A stretch of 29,739 bases of DNA from a virus. Lineage: Duplodnaviria > Caudoviricetes. The position numbers were made by a program, and so were the translations under genes. Of the stretch, positions 10,401 to 16,241 are shown piece after piece (position 1 is the first letter of the stretch; every line of letters begins with the position of its first letter). The stretch lies in the IMG/VR virus record IMGVR_UViG_3300035164_000003, positions 1 to 29,739 of that record. One strand, 5' to 3'. Below the pieces are notes generated by a model. The model was not told the DNA's origin, searched no databases, and was given only the letters and a program-made list of their open reading frames with translations.

Positions 10401-10709
10401 GCAACCAGTGGAGCATACAATGACCTAACTGGTAAACCTACATTATTCTCTGGAGCATACAATGACCTAACTGGTAAACCTACATTATTCTCTGGTGATT
10501 ATGATGACCTATCTAACAAACCTACGTTAGGTACTGCTGCTGCAACTGCCTCTACCGCATATGCTACTGCTGCACAAGGTACAAAGGCAGACGCTAATGA
10601 TACTGACATAGATGACATCTATACTCAGTTAGTTGCGATTGGTAATAACAATGCGATTACAACAGTCGCACAACTTAAGACTGCACTACTAGCACTAGCA
10701 AGGAGTTAA
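4416..10709 (+). CDS. Long fibre protein (2097 aa) with an Mtd_N-like N-terminal attachment domain; collar/tail fibre at the T4 wac position
   Basis: N-terminus IQLRRD...W...NPILAQGELGIEIDTxRIKIGDGxTPWNSL. The body is G/T/D/N-rich beta-repeat sequence with several repeat families. It lies directly upstream of g13. Confidence 0.8.
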   Translation: MANRIQLRRDGAQQWANINPILAQGELGIEIDTSRIKIGDGVTPWNSLRYERPLETESNAANTLVKRDADGNFQAGAITATVIGNAATATRLANARQIQLAGQVTGSGSFDGSSNLTLTTDLSLITTLPHYNPADPDASDLYTRVRVNSQGRVIGAELASTLANYGITDAQPLDDDLTSLAGLSTVGLLARVSQGNIATRQLTGGAGRIIFTVPDGSSQNPFIDLADTAVVVGNYNVESLTSVNAAGSNSEPYGTQTVNTTKFSVDRYGRITLAENVPIATAVEGSKYSGYDAGVTYNRYDIIANASKVYQAIQTISAGGGAPTHSSGDANGWRFCAAEGTEQKGLASFAQEDFDVDSNGHVTIAAMGVDNNQLQNNKITFTDGNTVQDFELDNELTTSTGHTGFDYLNYLKVNDTSGNLLFGANNTDNSNAGGVDINVDTNISGASIKLDRPGNTPLQTIERTAGSLKIHHNVSSATDRTLDIVSNNSGAGTASINITADEDITISSTNVSNRVNVEGFQFQDDTLSSTAGTMILDPGDDDAATGKVQIRGDLQVDGTTTTVNSTVMTVDDPIIVLGGDTAPVADDNKDRGVEFSYYDTQARVGFYGWDESYADSNIWNGTGGFRFLYNATNTNEVFTGTDAAIIAGNLRLTTNTGSTSTTTGTLVVTGGLGLSENAHIGGTVTVAGQTEINDTVIIKSDNEDFKIQTAAGVDKFTVDTDTGNTVIEGTLDVQLETEITDNLIIKADNKKFDIQTAAGVSVFDVDSDNGNVHTDGTLDVDSGVTFNSTLDVDNATTLNNILDVDGVSTFHNDIILDTTGKTFKLNNGSADKFVVQSTSGNTDIEGSLNVGSLIHFESTDTPTISTDGSNNYIITGSDYGALRLDGGGYIEGNTLFNSDIYINGQINQKDQGSSNETFNTQNFLRVRYKFRTGVTAAYTPNYAQDNSSNFRSFGGGGIATDLHIGDNLYVGKKASTDNVEFSVSPAGNVVAGRSGLGSATAGTVTVHGDAVFNREFSITGAQTTIGDASGDALSVNATSTFNAPVTLSGSNDLEVGGNATIEGNLTVNGTTTTINTVTTQLDDPILTLGGDTAPSTDDNKDRGIEFRYYDGSAKLGFFGWDDSQARFALYHNATNTSEVFGGTRSGIDAGSIKLFDTTNATSPSTGTLIVGGGAGIGLDLRVGDDLFVVDDADIGGNLNVTGTFDVGDDLAVANNKFNVDSVTGNTTVAGTFGLTGIATLNSTVNIVGSGSNLTVAGTGSISGNFDINSTKFTVAAATGNTVIDGTLDVDEATNVTSTLGVTGITTITNATAQSLSSGSHSAGGAFRLTGGAGIGGNVSIGGSARIYTDLTVDDDLLVKDVTEVQGLFKATNTADSGSATDVNASVRTAGGLAVAKKTFIGDDLNVGAGNFTVDGPTGNTLIAGTLGVTQNTNLSTFTASGIATLQSTLNLGGSLNINSSKFTVASVSGNTNIAGTLDVTNAVDLDSTLNVDGNADFNSGIDVTSGNATFAGLVQADNVTDSTGYSDASASISTDGGLSVKKKAYVGGDFSVGGAAGIKASILAASGNTDIKGTLNVDDSVTFGGTLGVTGQITGDVTGDLTGNADTSTQVAVTETNNNALFYPAFMGGNTGNQSVHVDSANLRYNPFSNTLTVTNFLSTTNFEVQGNMNVTGTITFQESQVGDISNHDTDALSEGTTNLYFTDERVDDRVNNLFTAGTGITKVYDDAANSYTLSVTQSDINTDNVTEGSTNLFTTAARTRTHFVYGTGIQLNTDTISVTQGDINTDNVTEGSTNLFTTNTRTRSHFTYGNGIALSAGGELSVTESEISTDNVTEGSTNLFTTAARTRGHISVSGDLSYNASTGVISYTIPNTIASLSNHDTDDVAEGSSNLYYTDARADARIAAASTSDLSEGSNLYYTDARADARVVAGITGKLDASAISTFGLTLVDDATASAARTTLGLGSAATTASSAYATAAQGTLADSATQPGDLATVATSGAYNDLTGKPTLFSGAYNDLTGKPTLFSGDYDDLSNKPTLGTAAATASTAYATAAQGTKADANDTDIDDIYTQLVAIGNNNAITTVAQLKTALLALARS
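9478..10197 (+). repeat. Six copies of the peptide repeat TDxxxEGSxNL(Y/F)xTxxR in the fibre
   Basis: DTDALSEGTTNLYFTDER, NTDNVTEGSTNLFTTAAR, NTDNVTEGSTNLFTTNTR, STDNVTEGSTNLFTTAAR, DTDDVAEGSSNLYYTDAR, STSDLSEGS-NLYYTDAR. Confidence 0.9.
10409..10527 (+). repeat. 42-bp tandem repeat (2 perfect copies + 1 degenerate) encoding SGAYNDLTGKPTLF
   Basis: tggagcatacaatgacctaactggtaaacctacattattctc is identical at 10409-10450 and 10451-10492; the third copy encodes SGDYDDLSNKPTL. Confidence 0.95.
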
Positions 10710-10713
10710 CTAA

Positions 10714-11532
10714 ATGGCTGCCCCTAATTCAAAAGCAACATTAAAAGAATATGCCTTGCGTAGGTTGGGTAAACCTGTGTTAGAAGTTAACGTAGCAGAT
10801 GATCAAATTGATGATGCTCTAGATTATACTATTGAAAAGTTTCAAGAATACCATTACGGTGGTTCTGAAAGAATGTATATGAAGCATCAATTCACTGCTG
10901 AAGATATCACAAGATTCCAAGCAGATGAATCTGAAACTGGTAGTGATACTTTACAAGCAGGAAACACAGGAACTGTATTTAAAACACAGTCAAACTATTT
11001 GATAATGCCAGATCATATTAGATCAGTGAATGGTATCTTTACTTTCCAAGATAAAGGTACTGCTAATATGTTTGATATTAGATACCAGTTACGTCTGAAT
11101 GATTTGTTTGATTTTACATCAACACAGTTTCATCATTACTATATGATTCAGACACACCTTTCAACAATTAACTTCTTACTAGAAGGAATGAAACCAACTA
11201 GGTTCAATGCTTCTGATGGTAAGTTGTTTATTGATATGGATACTTTGACTGATGTGAGAGAAGGTGAGTATGTTGTTATGGAATGTATCAGTGCGATAGA
11301 CCCTGCAAACTATACCAAGATATACAATGTGATGTGGGTTAAAGATTATGCTACAGCTATGATTAAAAAATACTGGGGTCAAAATTTGACCAAGTTCCAA
11401 AATGTTCAGTTACCTGGTGGAGTTACTCTTAATGGTGAGAAAATTTATGGTGATGCAGTAGAGGAACTAGAGAAACTAGATGAGCAGTTAAGAACTACAT
11501 ATGAAACACCACCTATGGATATGATAGGATAA
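10714..11532 (+). CDS. g13: Neck protein gp13
   Basis: LKEYALRRLGKPVLEVNV..DQIDD, WVKDYATA..K..WGQNLTKF..VQLPGGVTLNG; T4 synteny. Confidence 0.93.
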   Translation: MAAPNSKATLKEYALRRLGKPVLEVNVADDQIDDALDYTIEKFQEYHYGGSERMYMKHQFTAEDITRFQADESETGSDTLQAGNTGTVFKTQSNYLIMPDHIRSVNGIFTFQDKGTANMFDIRYQLRLNDLFDFTSTQFHHYYMIQTHLSTINFLLEGMKPTRFNASDGKLFIDMDTLTDVREGEYVVMECISAIDPANYTKIYNVMWVKDYATAMIKKYWGQNLTKFQNVQLPGGVTLNGEKIYGDAVEELEKLDEQLRTTYETPPMDMIG

Positions 11533-12398
11533 TGCCTACTAATTCTTACTTCACACACGGAACCAGTGGTGAACAAAACTTAGTTGAAGAACTGGTCATA
11601 GAACAGATCAAAATGTTTGGTCAGGATGTTTACTATATTCCTAGAGTTATAGTAGATGAAGATCCTGCATTTGGTGAGGACTCATTATCTAAGTTTGATG
11701 ATGCTTATTTAATAGAAGCATATCTTGAGAACGTAGAAGGATTTGGTGGAGATGGAGATTTATTTTCTAAGTTTGGTGTAAGGATATCTGATAAAGTTAC
11801 ATTTATAATATCAAGAACAAGGTTCACATCTCTTGTTGATGATAACACTACATTAATACAAGAAGGTAGACCAAATGAAGGAGATTTGATTTACTTCCCT
11901 CTAGCACAAAAATTATTTCAAATACAATTTGTTCAGTACGAACAACCATTCTTCCAGTTAGGTAAGATCCATACTTGGGGTCTAGAATGTGAACTCTACG
12001 AGTACAGTGACGAAGACTTCGATACAGGTGTGGATGCTATCGATCAAGTAGAGAGAAACTTTGCTACAACAATTACTCTCAACTTTGCTACAGGTGGTAC
12101 AGGAACTTACACAGTTGGAGAAACAATCGCTGGTGGTACATCTAACGTAACTGCTGAAGTTAAGTCTTGGGATGCTACTACAAGACAACTACAAATTTAC
12201 AATAGATCAGGTATCTTTACAATCCCAGAAACCGTTACTGGACAGACATCTGGGGCAGCACATACCACAGCGAGTTATAATACCCTAAATAATACTAACT
12301 CAGAGTTTGATGAAAACTCATTCTTTGAGACACAAGGTGACAGTATATTGGACTTCTCACAAGGAAATCCATTTGGAGAGATTGGAGGCTCTAGTTAA
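11532..12398 (+). CDS. g14: Neck protein gp14
   Basis: EQIKMFGQDVYYIPR, FGED..SKF, SKFGV.I.D, RPNEGDLIYFP, PFFQLGK; TAATG coupling to g13. Confidence 0.93.
   Translation: MPTNSYFTHGTSGEQNLVEELVIEQIKMFGQDVYYIPRVIVDEDPAFGEDSLSKFDDAYLIEAYLENVEGFGGDGDLFSKFGVRISDKVTFIISRTRFTSLVDDNTTLIQEGRPNEGDLIYFPLAQKLFQIQFVQYEQPFFQLGKIHTWGLECELYEYSDEDFDTGVDAIDQVERNFATTITLNFATGGTGTYTVGETIAGGTSNVTAEVKSWDATTRQLQIYNRSGIFTIPETVTGQTSGAAHTTASYNTLNNTNSEFDENSFFETQGDSILDFSQGNPFGEIGGSS
12284..12291 (+). promoter_or_regulatory. Probable late promoter for g15, inside g14
   Basis: CCTAAATA variant ~105 nt upstream of the g15 ATG. Confidence 0.45.
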
Positions 12399-13198
12399 TG
12401 TTAGGAACATATACATATAACGAAATATTTCGTAAGACGGTTATTGGTTTCGGTACTTTGTTTAACAATATCGAAATTAGACGTGTGAGTGGATCTAAGA
12501 CAGAGGTTATGAAAGTACCTTTGGCATATGGTCCTAAAGATAAATTCCTAGCACGTTTAGCACAAGCTGGAACTACTGCTGACAGATCAACTCAAATCAG
12601 TTTACCCAGAATATCTTTTGAGATATCTGGATTTTCATATGATTCTACTAGAAAGGTATCACCAACTCAGGTGATAAGACACGTTGATAACAATGATGGT
12701 GGTAAGACTAAAAAGTCTTTTATGCCAGTTCCATATAATGTGGATTTTGAACTTGCTATTCTTTCTAAGAATCAAGATGATGGATTACAAATCTTAGAAC
12801 AAATTCTTCCAGTATTTCAACCAATGTTTAATATAACTATTAACTTGGTCGATGCTATTGGTGAGAAAAAAGATTTCCCAATAACACTTAACTCTGTTAA
12901 TTATGATGATGACTATGAGGGAGATTTTACAACACGTAGAACTTTAATCTACACGTTGTCATTTACTGCTAAGACTTATCTCTACGGTCCTGTCTCTGAC
13001 GTTACCGATAAAATTATCAAGACTGCTATTGTTGATACTGCTATGGCGGTAGATACAACAGCACCTAGAGAGGTTCGTTATCAAGTTCAACCCGATCCAT
13101 TCACTGCTGATGCAGATGATAACTTCGGTTTCAACGAAATATATTCTGAATTTACTGATGGAAAATCAAGAAACCCAACCACAGGACAAGACGAATAA
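12398..13198 (+). CDS. g15: Tail sheath stabilizer/terminator gp15
   Basis: FGTLFNNIEI.R, KVPLAYGPK.KFLARL, LPRISFE, QILEQILP.FQP; synteny. Confidence 0.93.
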   Translation: MLGTYTYNEIFRKTVIGFGTLFNNIEIRRVSGSKTEVMKVPLAYGPKDKFLARLAQAGTTADRSTQISLPRISFEISGFSYDSTRKVSPTQVIRHVDNNDGGKTKKSFMPVPYNVDFELAILSKNQDDGLQILEQILPVFQPMFNITINLVDAIGEKKDFPITLNSVNYDDDYEGDFTTRRTLIYTLSFTAKTYLYGPVSDVTDKIIKTAIVDTAMAVDTTAPREVRYQVQPDPFTADADDNFGFNEIYSEFTDGKSRNPTTGQDE

Positions 13199-13625
13199 GA
13201 TCTATGGTGGCATCGAAGATGCACTAGAGGTTGAGACTTCTCTTGTTAGTGACATTTCTAAGGACAAGAGTTCCGATTTAGCACAACCTGTTGAGTCTAC
13301 TCCTATCCAAAAACAGATCTTGAAAGATTATGAGTATTCTCGTGGTCAGTTTTATTCTTTGATTGAAAAAGGACAAGAGGCAGTAGATGGAATATTAGAT
13401 GTTGCACAACAATCAGATTCACCACGTGCATATGAAGTAGCTGGTAATCTAATTAAGAATGTCGGTGATACTGCTGACAAACTTATGGATCTTCAAAAGA
13501 AATTAGAAGAAGTTCAAGGTGGTGGTAGTGCTAAAAACTTACCAGGTAACGTAACAAACAATACTATGTTTGTTGGTTCTACTGCTGAACTCGCTAAATT
13601 TTTGAAGAAACAAAAGGATAAATAA
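13158..13625 (+). CDS. g16: Terminase small subunit gp16
   Basis: DYEYSR..., A..SDSPRAYEVAG.LIK, NVTNN.MFVGSTAEL. Start placed at ATG 13158 (MENQ) instead of 13110 to reduce overlap with g15. Confidence 0.9.
   Translation: MENQETQPQDKTNKIYGGIEDALEVETSLVSDISKDKSSDLAQPVESTPIQKQILKDYEYSRGQFYSLIEKGQEAVDGILDVAQQSDSPRAYEVAGNLIKNVGDTADKLMDLQKKLEEVQGGGSAKNLPGNVTNNTMFVGSTAELAKFLKKQKDK
13617..13624 (+). promoter_or_regulatory. Late promoter driving the first accessory operon
   Basis: GATAAATA overlapping the g16 stop, 24 nt upstream of the ATG at 13649; AGGA motifs follow. Confidence 0.65.
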
Positions 13626-13648
13626 CTTAGTAAAGGAATAGGAACACA

Positions 13649-14188
13649 ATGTCAGTTTTAAATGTATTAGATACAACGACAGTGAGTGGTTCAGGAACTG
13701 CATACATAGTGGTCAAATCTGGTGTCGTACGTGCGTACGCTGCATCAGCATCCACAATAAAATTTGACGAAGGTCCTGCGATTACTCTTGCTGCTGGAGA
13801 AGCGGTTTTACTGTCAGTAGGTAAAGCAAAGAACGCTAAGATCGCTGCTGCGACAGACGCTGCTACAATGGTAATCACTGCTGAAGGATTCTCAGGTGGT
13901 GGTAGACATACTTTTAGTGTTGGAGATTATATAGAAACAGTTGATGGTGGTGACACAGATGGATTTACATCTGACTTTGAATCAGCAGCATCAGGTGGTA
14001 AGAAGGTAACAGCAATCACTGCTTCTACTATTACAACAGATTATGATTCATCTGCTGCAAGTGGAGACTATGCTCTCAGTGCTGCTGATGCAACTGCTGG
14101 AAACATTCCATTAGTAAAACGTGCAGTTAAATGTGTTGCTGGTAGTAACGCAGTTATATTAGAACAAGTTCAAATTGTAGGTGGCTAA
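13649..14188 (+). CDS. Hypothetical protein, probably virion structural (beta-rich, A/G/S/T-rich)
   Basis: 179-aa ORF with RBS and late promoter; composition resembles the structural genes of the window. Confidence 0.7.
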   Translation: MSVLNVLDTTTVSGSGTAYIVVKSGVVRAYAASASTIKFDEGPAITLAAGEAVLLSVGKAKNAKIAAATDAATMVITAEGFSGGGRHTFSVGDYIETVDGGDTDGFTSDFESAASGGKKVTAITASTITTDYDSSAASGDYALSAADATAGNIPLVKRAVKCVAGSNAVILEQVQIVGG

Positions 14189-14679
14189 TGTCAACTCTAT
14201 CTTTTAAACAATTCATTGCTGAAGGTGGTTTATCTCGTGCTGTTAGAAACTCTATGCAGCGTAATACTGCACAGTTAACAGCAAACAGAGGTAACGTATC
14301 TAGTGCTGAAAACAAAGCAAAGAATAAAGAACTAGGTAAAAAAGTTCGTAGTTTAGGATATGGTTACAAAAAGGTAGAAGGAAAATATGCAGAGAAAGAC
14401 GAGAAGACAGGGGAAACAAAGACTGTAAGAGAACCATCTATTGTAGTTAATGCACCCAAGAAAAAGTTCAGAACTTTTAAGAAACAGATGAAGCGTCTTG
14501 GTAAGGAATACAATCAGGATTCCATAATTACCAAAAAAGGTAAAAAAGATGCTATACTAAATCCAACTGCTCGTAGAGCAGGAACTAAGGGTATGAAGTT
14601 AGGTCAAGTAAAACCTAATCGTCCCAACCCTTATGGGGAAACAAAAGTTAAAAACAAATCTTACTCATATGGAAACTGA
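14188..14679 (+). CDS. Putative SAM lyase (T3 SAMase-like) with an N-terminal capsid-targeting-like sequence; probable internal virion protein
   Basis: N-terminus MSTLSFKQFIAE resembles the T4 CTS MKTYQEFIAE. Ordered motifs LTANRG..N...N..L....G.Y.E...EPSIVV...L...YNQDSII follow the SAM lyase pattern. Very Lys-rich. Confidence 0.6.
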   Translation: MSTLSFKQFIAEGGLSRAVRNSMQRNTAQLTANRGNVSSAENKAKNKELGKKVRSLGYGYKKVEGKYAEKDEKTGETKTVREPSIVVNAPKKKFRTFKKQMKRLGKEYNQDSIITKKGKKDAILNPTARRAGTKGMKLGQVKPNRPNPYGETKVKNKSYSYGN

Positions 14680-14893
14680 TCATAGTTGGAGGCAAGAGTA
14701 TCTTGCTTCTAAACCAAGGTTGTCAGCATTTCAAAAAGAACTATTGACAAATGGTCCTAAAGGACTGTCCCAAGCTTGGATCCTAGGTGCTATGCACAAT
14801 GAATGGAAGGTTCAAAAGTATGGAAAAGAACCTGAGCCTAAATCCCTTCAGTCATCATTTAAAGACTTTAATCGCAAGTACAATGGAACTTAA
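14669..14893 (+). CDS. Hypothetical cyanophage protein (74 aa)
   Basis: Start at ATG 14669 (METDHSWRQEYL...GPKGLSQAWILGAM); 11-nt overlap with the upstream gene. Confidence 0.7.
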   Translation: METDHSWRQEYLASKPRLSAFQKELLTNGPKGLSQAWILGAMHNEWKVQKYGKEPEPKSLQSSFKDFNRKYNGT

Positions 14894-15002
14894 GTGTAAA
14901 TACTGTGGAATCACACCTCCAAAAAATCATTGGAATTGTCAGAGGTGGTTAGATAAACACGAAAAAAACTGTCCACAAAAACCAGGTCATAATGGTAATT
15001 AA
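14883..15002 (+). CDS. 39-aa putative C2HC zinc-finger microprotein
   Basis: MELKCKYCGITPPKNHWNCQRWLDKHEKNCPQKPGHNGN: CxxC...Hx3C; 11-nt overlaps with both neighbours. Confidence 0.65.
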   Translation: MELKCKYCGITPPKNHWNCQRWLDKHEKNCPQKPGHNGN

Positions 15003-15138
15003 AAAATATTTCGACAAGTTTGTCGAGTGGGATAAGAAACTTATTGGAAAGTTTCAAAAGAAATTTGAGTTATCCGACTATAAAATGCTTTGCATATCAT
15101 TTGCTAAAGGATTTATTATTGGTGCTATTCTTCTGTAG
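14992..15138 (+). CDS. 48-aa small protein with hydrophobic C-terminus (not in ORF track)
   Basis: ATG 14992 to TAG 15138: MVIKKYFDKFVEWDKKLIGKFQKKFELSDYKMLCISFAKGFIIGAILL; fills the gap exactly. Confidence 0.75.
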   Translation: MVIKKYFDKFVEWDKKLIGKFQKKFELSDYKMLCISFAKGFIIGAILL

Positions 15139-15141
15139 TCA

Positions 15142-15441
15142 ATGACAGATGATCGTATCAAGTCACTTTGCTATACAAAAGACGAAGTTGACAAAATGAT
15201 CAGCGACGCAGTTGCTGAAGCTCGTGCTATAGATGAAGCGTCTATGGCAAAGCACAATAGAGATGCGACTGTAATTAGTATGATTCTAGGTTTTACAGCA
15301 TTAGCATTATTTGTAGACGGTTTACTAAGGATGATGGGAATTATTCCACCGTTTATGGGAATTGATATTAATATTATAGATCAAATAGTTGACAAAGTTA
15401 AGGTAGAGATGCTACCCTTAAAGAATATATTAAATCGGTAA
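15142..15441 (+). CDS. Hypothetical membrane protein (99 aa)
   Basis: Helical N-terminus, then hydrophobic VISMILGFTALALFVDGLL..GIIPPFMGI. Confidence 0.75.
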   Translation: MTDDRIKSLCYTKDEVDKMISDAVAEARAIDEASMAKHNRDATVISMILGFTALALFVDGLLRMMGIIPPFMGIDINIIDQIVDKVKVEMLPLKNILNR

Positions 15442-15722
15442 TGAACAAACGTGATAAAGTTAGAGCACAAGTAAAGTCTAGATTTTACTATATGTTCTGG
15501 GGAACTGCTACTGTATCTGTTGTAGCAGGGCAAATTTATCTTGGTACTTCTTATCGTGCTATGGGAAAATCAATGGATAGATGGTTTAACGAAACTGTTG
15601 ATCTTATACAAAGACCACTTAGATACGATACTGGTCCTAATTATGAAGGACCTGAAGGGTTCTATGCACCAGTACCTAAACCAGAAGATTATATGACAGA
15701 CAAAGCATATCCTATCTCATAA
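15441..15722 (+). CDS. Hypothetical single-pass membrane protein (93 aa)
   Basis: Basic N-terminus, FYYMFWGTATVSVVAGQIYLG hydrophobic segment, Pro-rich tail; TAATG coupling. Confidence 0.7.
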   Translation: MNKRDKVRAQVKSRFYYMFWGTATVSVVAGQIYLGTSYRAMGKSMDRWFNETVDLIQRPLRYDTGPNYEGPEGFYAPVPKPEDYMTDKAYPIS

Positions 15723-15750
15723 AAAAAGACCCTTCGGGGTCTTTCTTTTT
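15721..15750. terminator. Bidirectional rho-independent terminator
   Basis: AAAGACCC-TTCG-GGGTCTTT with a C(UUCG)G loop, an A run on the left and a T-rich run on the right, between convergent stops at 15722 and 15755. Confidence 0.9.
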
Positions 15751-15754
15751 GCTT

Positions 15755-15904
15755 TTACATAAGCACATCCTTGCAAATTCTTTTACACGTCTGTTGGTTA
15801 TCATTACATTCAATCAGACATTCGTAATACTCGTGTAACTTATAGTCGTGTGGATCTTCATAAGATCCTGCTAATTGATTGTATGATACCAAGTTATGCT
15901 GCAT
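15755..15904 (-). CDS. 49-aa Cys-rich peptide (Cx3C-x6-Cx3C)
   Basis: MQHNLVSYNQLAG...EYYECLIECNDNQQTCKRICKDVLM; perfect SD AAGGAGGT 8 nt upstream, own minus-strand late promoter and a terminator. Confidence 0.85.
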   Translation of the reverse strand: MQHNLVSYNQLAGSYEDPHDYKLHEYYECLIECNDNQQTCKRICKDVLM

Positions 15905-16005
15905 ACAAATCAACCTCCTTTTTGTTTGGTTTACACATAACAAATGCGTTTTCAGTGCATCTTGTTAACCCAAATTCTACCACTATTTATGTGTGTGTAA
16001 ACCAA
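15905..16005 (-). promoter_or_regulatory. Structured 5' leader / inverted-repeat element of the minus-strand peptide gene
   Basis: Hairpin at 15938-15967 (10 bp with one bulge), helix 15925-15929/15970-15974, and a perfect 12-bp inverted repeat 15926-15937/15994-16005. Confidence 0.55.
15984..15991 (-). promoter_or_regulatory. Late promoter (minus strand)
   Basis: tatttatg on + = CATAAATA on -, 80 nt upstream of the ATG at 15904. Confidence 0.7.
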
Positions 16006-16036
16006 CAACTACACAGTCAGTAACAGGGTATTTACA

Positions 16037-16044
16037 CCTAAATA
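16037..16044 (+). promoter_or_regulatory. Late promoter variant (divergent from the 15984-15991 site)
   Basis: CCTAAATA 23 nt upstream of the ATG at 16068. Confidence 0.55.
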
Positions 16045-16067
16045 ATACTGACACCCGAAAGATCGTA

Positions 16068-16241
16068 ATGTCACACTACACAGTCGGATGGGACGACTCT
16101 AAACATATCCATCACGAGATTTGCGAATACGCAGAAGATTCTTGGCAAGCAGTAAAACAAGCACGAGAGGATGTACCTTATCTAAGGGAACATCCTTTTT
16201 CTATGAATGAAGTTCTGAACGAGGATCACTTGCTTGAATAG
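16068..16241 (+). CDS. 57-aa His/acid-rich hypothetical protein
   Basis: MSHYTVGWDDSKHIHHEICEYAEDS..A...A.EDVPYL.EHP; the ATG at 16068 follows the late promoter. Confidence 0.75.
   Translation: MSHYTVGWDDSKHIHHEICEYAEDSWQAVKQAREDVPYLREHPFSMNEVLNEDHLLE

Noticed and set aside
9620-10527. CRISPR-like array
   Set aside because: The repeats are in-frame coding repeats with synonymous variation or direct tandem copies, with no unique spacers or cas genes.
4416-10709. Diversity-generating retroelement target, suggested by the Mtd_N-like domain
   Set aside because: No reverse transcriptase and no TR/VR pair with adenine-specific mismatches in the window; the C-terminus is not C-type-lectin-like.
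15011-15026. Palindrome TCGACAA-GT-TTGTCGA
   Set aside because: Lies within a coding sequence, is isolated, has no terminator features, and is plausibly chance.
15755-15904. CP12
   Set aside because: Lacks AWDxVEEL and the C-terminal CxxxPxxxEC motif; Cys spacing differs.
15995-16035. NtcA boxes in the divergent promoter region
   Set aside because: The two palindromes (GTGTA-N10-TACAC and GTAA-N8-TTAC) are GTA-N10-TAC, not the GTA-N8-TAC consensus.
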